From positions 1 through 40,269 of IMG/VR virus record IMGVR_UViG_3300038314_000675: a stretch of 40,269 nucleotides of DNA. The stretch is one strand, 5' to 3'. Under the pieces are notes generated by a model that worked only from the letters and a program-made list of their open reading frames with translations, had not been told where the DNA came from and did no database searches. Position numbers and translations under genes: made by a program. Shown piece by piece: positions 34,901 through 40,269 of the stretch (positions are counted from its first letter, which is position 1; every line of letters begins with the position of its first letter). The DNA comes from a virus. Taxonomy: Duplodnaviria; Caudoviricetes.

Positions 34901-35344
34901 CTGCTCGACCAGCGGGACTTGGAATTGCAGCTTGCGGGCAGCGCGAACCGCCTGATTGGCAATAGCGCCACCGCGGAACGCGAGATTGCCGACGAATTTT
35001 TCAAGCAGCGCACCGGCATGGGCGCCGATGTTGGCATGGGTATTATCGAAACCGGCGCGCTGGGCGGGCCGTGGATGACTGTCGGCAAGAGCGTAGCTGA
35101 TCGCGTGTTCAAGGATCGCCGCGAACAGGCCGCTGCTGCAGCCAACCGCGCGCTTGCCGATGATCTGGGCCCGCTGCTGCTATCGGATGGCCCGCAAGGC
35201 GGCATCGACGCGCTGAGCGGCATGGCGGCGCAGGACGCCGACTATCAGGCGATCGTGGAGGCTTTGCTGGAAAGCGGGGACCGTTACGGCCGCCAGGCGG
35301 GCACCGCGGCAAGCGGCGCACTTGCAAACCGATACGGTTACTAG
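31982..35344 (+). CDS. Large internal virion / DNA ejection protein
   Basis: 1120 aa, helical A/G-rich with Gly-rich hydrophobic segments, last of the ejection cluster. Confidence 0.7.
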   Translation: MAETKEYGGFTYVRQADGSWARQDQPQVFYQDPSAVRGEQRADEDQAMERERLRMAREEAARSARAETRTEAEFAQEQAEAAELQRTQAASDRNRLAQISAILDTIDRLEAQTGDGSGIGSIEGQEDFRTGDRYMGASQFFNQDANTVYGLLEQVQGDMTQQVLAQLVKDNGGTGASGMANTAAEAARMAAAIAPLNQNMDPTQFAAGLKKAREYYERLQSSLAGEDQAPNLPEMSEEYQRELTGNPPPADRTLAGQGATTTTYELPQEYQDRHAAYLRQNWGNITPDGYAQFRAGLDNEFPDVASPDLEAYRAIAPAFNQAAAEGQLPEDMGAVPGAERELSGLEQGVNNFVTDPLGTGLTSAINSATFGVPDRLAGRRLQAAQELNPKAAFAGDLLGGTVGSSLGIAGATMAGAGRFAPLVGDALYGTTFGALSDDDPVTGALIGGAGALVGDQVGKYGGRAIARMRSPDDPLSEGGRAIMETVGDQDEVIDALTRAQTLGVPMTLADASPELQSLAGSAVRFSPTTAGQARQTMAMRNEGQLDRLAEAVERDLGPVSNIPQRSADLSAQAKANAGPLYDYAYDAPGAADVDIMDLMGRPTFKAAMKEAYREAADEGVDPSILGFVMDEAGEVGINPDAFGGVRRATVNAESNILQPRTIRAYGGREVVKQGPLDLVGWLRTQGGLRDSGGELSSMGLTNKARGKGAELVGRESEFGPLVNPEDGMDFDTAALYAWEAGYFPELSERPDINTFLDAMRDTADGVSQRFKVDDLPEVEAFRAARGSNNEIRNANALDGGMWEDVSQPAGMREAAPAEAYGSEQVVGLDWRGLDYIKRGLDNVIESNTSKIDGANPDARRAAIMKNTLVGRMDAINPEYAAARQAYAGPMQERAFLSRGQDAITARPDELSVELANLTPEQRQQMQLGFQSEIMGRAGNLRNNSNPWAQINTPNAEGRMGALYEGTEDADIARLLDQRDLELQLAGSANRLIGNSATAEREIADEFFKQRTGMGADVGMGIIETGALGGPWMTVGKSVADRVFKDRREQAAAAANRALADDLGPLLLSDGPQGGIDALSGMAAQDADYQAIVEALLESGDRYGRQAGTAASGALANRYGY

Positions 35345-35589
35345 AAGAACAGCGCCACCAGCAACAGCATGACGGCGAGGGCAGCGATTATCCGCCCCTC
35401 GCCGTTGTCTGTGGCGGCGCGGTAACCAGCCATGTAGGCAAGGCGTCTGCGCTCATCGGAATAGCGGTTGACGGCTTCCTTGCGGGCTTTCATCAGGCCG
35501 CGGCGGCGCAAGTATTGCTCGCTGTCGCTTTCTTCAAAGCGTGCGCGGGTCAAGTCCCGCTCGATCTGCTCTATGGATGGCTGCGCCAT
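35341..35589 (-). CDS. Antisense moron-like membrane-anchored protein
   Basis: 82 aa, C-terminal TM helix (IIAALAVMLLLVALFF), own promoter, opposite to the late operon. Confidence 0.65.
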   Translation of the reverse strand: MAQPSIEQIERDLTRARFEESDSEQYLRRRGLMKARKEAVNRYSDERRRLAYMAGYRAATDNGEGRIIAALAVMLLLVALFF

Positions 35590-35596
35590 AGGGGTA

Positions 35597-35625
35597 TTGC
35601 TAGCACGCGCGGGCCTGTGCTACAA
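35597..35625 (-). promoter_or_regulatory. Promoter for the antisense moron (probably leaderless)
   Basis: TTGTAG-17 nt-TAGCAA, ATG 7 nt downstream with no SD. Contains the TAGCAC/GTGCTA inverted repeat. Confidence 0.45.
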
Positions 35626-35636
35626 GCGTTTGAACC

Positions 35637-35689
35637 GCGCGGTTGAACTCCCTCACGCGCTTGGATCTTGATCTAAGCGGAGTTGGCAT
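35637..35689 (+). promoter_or_regulatory. Structured leader element, copy 2 (candidate cis-regulatory RNA)
   Basis: Same 26-mer as copy 1, followed by a different-sequence hairpin overlapping the GGAG RBS before TTG 35690. Confidence 0.6.
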
Positions 35690-36466
35690 TTGCCCCGTAA
35701 TTCATCCGGCGATTATTCCCTGCCAGCAGGTTCGCTCGTTAGCACGGGCGACACGCTGCTGGTGAGCCAGCACAATCCGCCCTTCCAGGACATTGCCAAT
35801 TCGATTTCGTCGTCGCTCGATCGCGATGGGCGCGGCGGGATGCGCGCAAACCTGACGATGAACGGCAACAAGGTCACGGGCATCGGGGAAGCCACCGACC
35901 CATCGGACGCGGTTGCGCTGTCTCAGCTTTCCGCGATCACCGGCGTGCCGATCGGCGCGTGCATCGATTATTTCGGCACTACGCCGCCAAGCGGATACTT
36001 GTTCGCTGCAGGGCAGGAAATCTCCCGCGCCACCTACGCTTCGCTGTTCGCAATCATCGGGACGACCTATGGCAGTGGCGACGGATCCACGACGTTCAAC
36101 CTGCCCGATACGCGCGGCCGGGTTTCCGCTGGGCGCGAAGACATGGCCACGCCGGCTACCACGAGGCTGAATAATTTCTCGAGCTCAACGCTTGGCGCTG
36201 GGTTCGGTTCGCAGTCGCACACGCTGACGTCTGCGCAAATGCCGACGCATACACACACCGTCACCGATCCTGGGCACACGCACAGCTATAGCGGGGCGAC
36301 CGGGGCGGTGGCGGCTGATGGCGTAAATACCGTGGCCCGGGTCGGCGCTGGCCAAACCACCGGCAGCAGCACGACCGGCATCACGATTGGCAACGCGGGC
36401 AGCGGGAACGCACACAACAATACCCAGCCGACCCTCATCACGAACAAGATCATCAAGGTAAGCTGA
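35690..36466 (+). CDS. Tail fibre protein with phage tail-collar domain
   Basis: VPIG...PPSGYL...GQEISRATYASLFAIIGTTYGSGDGSTTFNLPD.RGR collar motif and H-x-H repeats. Confidence 0.88.
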   Translation: MPRNSSGDYSLPAGSLVSTGDTLLVSQHNPPFQDIANSISSSLDRDGRGGMRANLTMNGNKVTGIGEATDPSDAVALSQLSAITGVPIGACIDYFGTTPPSGYLFAAGQEISRATYASLFAIIGTTYGSGDGSTTFNLPDTRGRVSAGREDMATPATTRLNNFSSSTLGAGFGSQSHTLTSAQMPTHTHTVTDPGHTHSYSGATGAVAADGVNTVARVGAGQTTGSSTTGITIGNAGSGNAHNNTQPTLITNKIIKVS

Positions 36467-36467
36467 T

Positions 36468-38288
36468 ATGGCCACTATTCGCCCTAACGATTTACCCGCG
36501 GCTGGCTCGGTCGGCAGCGGCAACGCGATCATCATCGACGACGGCGCGACGGTCGAAAAGGCCACGCCTGCGCAAGTGGTGGACGCGGCCATTCCGCTGG
36601 CTTCGCAGGCGGAAGCGGAAGCCGGAACCGACAATACCAAGCGCGTCACGCCGCTGCGGGTGTCGCAGGCGATCGATGCGCTGGGGGTTTCGGCTGCGGC
36701 CCTCGCATCCACCGATAGCGACAAGGGGGCGGCCCTGTCGCATATTCAGCGAGACACGGTGGATCGGACTGTCCGCGACTTGCTGCTCGACAATCTGCCC
36801 CATGCTTTCGACGCGATCCCGGCGACTGAACATGCGGCCATTCTCGCAGGCACAAGCACCTATGATGCCACGGCTGACTTGCAACGCCTAATCGACAGCG
36901 ACAACGGCTTCCGCCTGCCGGATGGGGTCATTCGTATAGACGCGACCACGGGTCTTGTGGTTAAGACTGGGACGATCATCATTGGCAACGGGCCGAACCG
37001 CTCTTGTCTCTATGCGCTCTCGGGCGGCGCGACGCTTGCCAATCTTGCCGCTTATAACGGTGGGTCGGTGATTCGCCGGGACTTCGATCCAGCAGGTGCG
37101 AACATCTATGTGAGCGGTGTGCTGGTAAAGGACTTCGCGGTCGTTCTGAACCACCCCGACGCCAGCGTCACCACAACTGAAATTCAGATCGGCTTTGATT
37201 TTCGCAACATTTCCCGTTCAAACATTGAAGGGTGCTGGGTCGGGAACATCGCACCGCCGCAAGGCGTTCTGACAAAGGCTCGGCCTGCCGATACCACATT
37301 TGAGATCCAGGGCTACGGGGTGGTCTTCGGCAATGTGAGCGCATCCGATCCGGCCTACGCGGGCGGCGAAGTGAACGTCGTTCAAGGCACCAAAGTCTGG
37401 GGCGTTTTTAAGGCAGTCGCCACCGATGATGTTGACCTAAGCCCGTCGAGCGCCTCCTATCAGCCGACAATTCTTGGCAACGATATTCAGTCGTGCCACC
37501 ATGCGATTGTCCAGTATGGTCAATTCGGTGCGCGAGCCAAGGTATCGGGCAACACGATCCAGAACATCAAGAAGCAAAACGGTAACGTGACGACTTCTTA
37601 CGTTTACCGCTTCGACGGCTTTGAAAACGTGGTTGACGGCACCGGCTATATGGAATTGGGCACGGCGGGCGATGTTGTCGTGTACTGCGGTTCCTCATCG
37701 CGCGGAAACCGCATTAATATCCCCGGTTTCACATCCAAGAATACGTCCGTCACGGTGGTTTCGGACAACGGCACGAACAACTTGATCGAATGGGGTTCCG
37801 ACGCAGCGTTGGTTTCTGGTGTGGTAGATAGCCGGGGCACGCCGCAAATTTCGTTTAACCGTGTCCTTTCGCCAGGTTCTTTTGCTTCCTATACGATTAG
37901 CGCCAATGGCGAGGCGCTACCGTCAAGCTTTGAACACCTGACCGTCAATGGCAGCGGTAGAACGGGGATCACCGTAACTGCAGGTCGTTTTCGTGGCCAG
38001 AAATTGCGGATCACAGCGAACAGCGCCGCATTCATCTTTGCCGCCTCCGGCTCTGGTGTGGTGTGGGGCGAGGGCGGGCCGCCACGTATGGGCAACGCCG
38101 CCAAGGATGTGATGAGCGTCGATCTGGTCAATACGGTTAGCGGTTGGTTTGAAGTTTCGCGCACCTATCGCGCTTCCGCCACCGCGATAACCGATGCCTC
38201 GGGCGGGGCCACGGTCGATGCAGAGGCACGCACAGCATTGAACGCACTGCTTCAGGTCATGCGCGACCGTGGGGTGATCGGGCCATGA
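36468..38288 (+). CDS. Tailspike / receptor-binding protein with beta-helix (pectate-lyase-like) domain
   Basis: ASQAEAEAGTDNTKRVTPLRV anchor, DATADLQRLID...LPDG...IIGNG beta-helix start, C-terminal GGATVDAEARTALNALL motif. Confidence 0.8.
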   Translation: MATIRPNDLPAAGSVGSGNAIIIDDGATVEKATPAQVVDAAIPLASQAEAEAGTDNTKRVTPLRVSQAIDALGVSAAALASTDSDKGAALSHIQRDTVDRTVRDLLLDNLPHAFDAIPATEHAAILAGTSTYDATADLQRLIDSDNGFRLPDGVIRIDATTGLVVKTGTIIIGNGPNRSCLYALSGGATLANLAAYNGGSVIRRDFDPAGANIYVSGVLVKDFAVVLNHPDASVTTTEIQIGFDFRNISRSNIEGCWVGNIAPPQGVLTKARPADTTFEIQGYGVVFGNVSASDPAYAGGEVNVVQGTKVWGVFKAVATDDVDLSPSSASYQPTILGNDIQSCHHAIVQYGQFGARAKVSGNTIQNIKKQNGNVTTSYVYRFDGFENVVDGTGYMELGTAGDVVVYCGSSSRGNRINIPGFTSKNTSVTVVSDNGTNNLIEWGSDAALVSGVVDSRGTPQISFNRVLSPGSFASYTISANGEALPSSFEHLTVNGSGRTGITVTAGRFRGQKLRITANSAAFIFAASGSGVVWGEGGPPRMGNAAKDVMSVDLVNTVSGWFEVSRTYRASATAITDASGGATVDAEARTALNALLQVMRDRGVIGP

Positions 38289-38423
38289 CCCGCCCCCTAG
38301 CCATGCTGGTGATGCTTCTGGCATGGCCGATAAGCAAGTGCGCGTTTGACTTTGTGCGCGCGAGGGTGAGGTAATGGACGAAGTTCTCGCCCAGACCTTC
38401 CCGCCCAGCTTCGAGGGCTCACC

Positions 38424-38810
38424 GTGGTAGAGGGAATCCTAACCGGCCTCCGCATCGGTGCGATCCTGCTGTGGTTCTGGATCGGTGTGCGAGTGGCGTT
38501 TGAAAGCTGGCAAGTGACCGAACAGCCCGTATCCGTGCGCAAACGTGGCTGGTCCTACTAGCGCGCAATGCTGCTGGTGATGTCTTTCATAATCGTGTTC
38601 CTGTTCTCCCCTGAGAACATCTTGCGGGCCAACGGATATATCACCGAGAAGACCGGCTTCTGGATGATGTCCGGCGGTGTGGTGGGTCTTCATGTGTGCG
38701 CCTACCTGACTCACATGGGGCTGGATATAGCAACAGGGCTGGGCAACCGTGCTTGGCCTGCTTATGTGTCATTCTCAGTTATTTCTTTGATCTTCGGGGT
38801 AACGCGATGA
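38424..38810 (+). pseudogene. Multi-TM membrane protein interrupted by in-frame TAG (38559-38561)
   Basis: GAGGG RBS and GTG 38424 are in frame with ORF 38568-38810. Hydrophobic helices lie on both sides of a single amber codon. Confidence 0.5.
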
Positions 38811-39226
38811 AGCCCGTCCTTGTCGCGTTGCAGGAATACGGGGCCGTCATCTTCGGACTGGTCGTGGGGACGGTAGCGCATTTCGGGCGGCTGCTGTCCG
38901 ATGGGCAGGTTCCGACTTGGACGCAGGCGCTTGGCTATTTCATGCAGCTTGGCCTTATCGGGCTGGTGGCGGTGGTGGCCACGAAGATGCTCGGCCTGAC
39001 GGACAGTGACACTCGCGCGCTGGCAACCGCCATCCTGGCGATCTCTGCGCAAGAGGTCGTGCGGTATCTCAAAGCGCGCGGTTGGCAGCACCTTGCCCGC
39101 TATGCGTCGCCTGCCGATGCGGCGCAGGCCGAGCAAGAGCTACGGGCGTGGGAGCGCGCTGCGGCGAATGGCGACCTCGAAAAGCTGCTCAAGAAATTCG
39201 ACAAGGATGATGGCGATGGACGTTAA
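38807..39226 (+). CDS. Putative holin
   Basis: Start re-assigned to ATG 38807 (ATGA coupling). 2-3 TM helices, charged C-terminus, directly upstream of the endolysin. Confidence 0.65.
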   Translation: MKPVLVALQEYGAVIFGLVVGTVAHFGRLLSDGQVPTWTQALGYFMQLGLIGLVAVVATKMLGLTDSDTRALATAILAISAQEVVRYLKARGWQHLARYASPADAAQAEQELRAWERAAANGDLEKLLKKFDKDDGDGR

Positions 39227-39794
39227 GAAACTGCAGGAATCGCTTGGCGTCACCGCTGACGGCATTGCCGGTCGCGGCACCTTCACCGCGCTATTCCGCA
39301 AGCTGGGCGCTTCGCAGGAGCGCGCCGAAGAACTGGCGCTGTCGGCGAATGTCCACTTCCCCGCCTACGAGATCATGGACAGCGCGCTTCGCCTGGCGCA
39401 CTTCATGGCGCAGCTGTGCCACGAGAGCGGCTCGTTTCGCTACATGGAAGAGATCGCCAGCGGGGCAGGCTACGAGGGGCGCGAAGATCTCGGCAACGTC
39501 TATGCGGGCGACGGGCGGCGCTACAAAGGGCGCGGCCCCATCCAGCTTACCGGGCGCGCGAATTACCGGACCTTTGGTCGGCGCATCGGTATCGACCTCG
39601 AGCGCCACCCCGAAATCGCGGCCATCCCCTCGATCGGGCTTCACACAGCGCTGGAATACTGGCGCGACCGGGGGCTCAACGCATGGGCTGACCGCGACGA
39701 CGTGCTGACGATCACGCGCAAGATCAACGGCGGCACGAATGGTCTTGCCGACCGCAAGCATCACCTCTCGAAGATCAAGGGGTGGCTGCTGTGA
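39216..39794 (+). CDS. Endolysin, glycoside hydrolase family 19 with short N-terminal PG-binding-like segment
   Basis: AHFMAQLCHESG, GDGRRYKGRGPIQLTGRANY, INGGTNGLADR; N-terminal LGVTADGIAGRGT. Confidence 0.92.
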   Translation: MDVKKLQESLGVTADGIAGRGTFTALFRKLGASQERAEELALSANVHFPAYEIMDSALRLAHFMAQLCHESGSFRYMEEIASGAGYEGREDLGNVYAGDGRRYKGRGPIQLTGRANYRTFGRRIGIDLERHPEIAAIPSIGLHTALEYWRDRGLNAWADRDDVLTITRKINGGTNGLADRKHHLSKIKGWLL

Positions 39795-40042
39795 CCGAGC
39801 TTCCCCGCCACGTTGTCGGCGCCGCTGTCATGGTGCTGTGCGGGACGATGATTGCGGCCCTGTTCTTCGTCGAGATACCCGAAGGCAACCGCGACATTGC
39901 AATGGTCCTCCTGGGCATCGGCATGGGCTGGGGCGGTTCGGTAGTGCAGTTCCATTTCGGCTCGAGCGAGGGTTCGAAGCGCAAGGACCGGCGACCGCAG
40001 GGCACGCCCGCGGATCCCGTGCATGTGGAGGACGACCAATGA
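39791..40042 (+). CDS. Two-TM holin/antiholin-like protein
   Basis: GTG coupled to the endolysin stop, two TM helices, FHFGSSEGSKRKD motif. Confidence 0.65.
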   Translation: MTELPRHVVGAAVMVLCGTMIAALFFVEIPEGNRDIAMVLLGIGMGWGGSVVQFHFGSSEGSKRKDRRPQGTPADPVHVEDDQ

Positions 40043-40176
40043 TTGGCGACAACATCGGCCCGCTGATCTGGCGTGGCATCAAGAGCCGGGTGCGCGGCGT
40101 TGTCGCCGATTACTGGCTGATCGCGCTGGCGCTCGTGCTGTTCTTCGCCGGGCTCTGGGCGGGAGGCTGGCAGTGA
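40039..40176 (+). CDS. 45-aa single-TM peptide
   Basis: GGAGG RBS, ATGA- and GTGA-coupled on both sides. MIGDNIGPLIWRG...YWLIALALVLFFAGLWAGGWQ. Confidence 0.6.
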   Translation: MIGDNIGPLIWRGIKSRVRGVVADYWLIALALVLFFAGLWAGGWQ

Positions 40177-40269
40177 TCGGCGATTTCCTCGCGCCGCTGA
40201 CGCACAAGCTGTTCGCCGGCGCCCTCGGCATCGCGCTGGTCGCAATCGGCATCCTCTGGTGGGCAAACG
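40172..40269. repeat. Terminal direct repeat, right copy
   Basis: Identical to 2-99. Confidence 0.95.

Noticed and set aside
35690-38288. Diversity-generating retroelement or invertible tail-fibre system
   Set aside because: No reverse transcriptase, invertase or template/variable repeat pair was seen.
38428-38561. Genome-wide amber (TAG) recoding
   Set aside because: Several clear genes end at TAG followed directly by the next gene, no suppressor tRNA was seen, and core genes have no internal TAG.
40172-40269. Terminal repeat as a biological DTR or attachment site
   Set aside because: A 98-bp exact overlap falling inside the spanin gene is what circular assembly produces. It says nothing about real genome ends.

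Overview
The window is an apparently complete, circularly permuted ~40.17 kb genome of a GC-rich tailed phage: bases 2-99 recur exactly at 40172-40269. The virion module is podovirus-like, and the GcrA-like gene points to an alphaproteobacterial host (inference). Layout: spanins (3-673); a leftward early operon of small genes including a Lar-like protein (727-5753); a divergent control region with a Cro/CI-like HTH gene and a GcrA-like regulator (5789-6652); a leftward replication/recombination operon (VRR-NUC, two paralogous beta-class amino-MTases, SF2 helicase, C5-MTase-like protein, YqaJ exonuclease, SSB, AAA_24 ATPase; 6576-14466); a second HTH gene, a primase-helicase and an iteron-like origin (14594-17645); terminase, portal, scaffold, capsid, adaptor, nozzle, GNAT, ejection proteins, an SLT domain, tail fibre and tailspike (17979-38288); and a lysis cassette with a GH19 endolysin. 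I found no integrase, DNA polymerase, tRNA or CRISPR array. The most interesting signals are: (1) a twice-repeated, apparently covarying structured leader that can sequester the RBS of two virion genes, with the same ACUCCCUC loop in an early hairpin; (2) a candidate +1 programmed frameshift (CCC_TTT_CGC_TGA) fusing an ejection protein to a lytic transglycosylase; (3) paired MTases with different target-recognition regions, one flanked by a 14-bp direct repeat, near a GcrA-like methyl-DNA reader; (4) an amber-interrupted membrane gene just before the holin. All family calls come from motifs recognised by eye, not from database searches.
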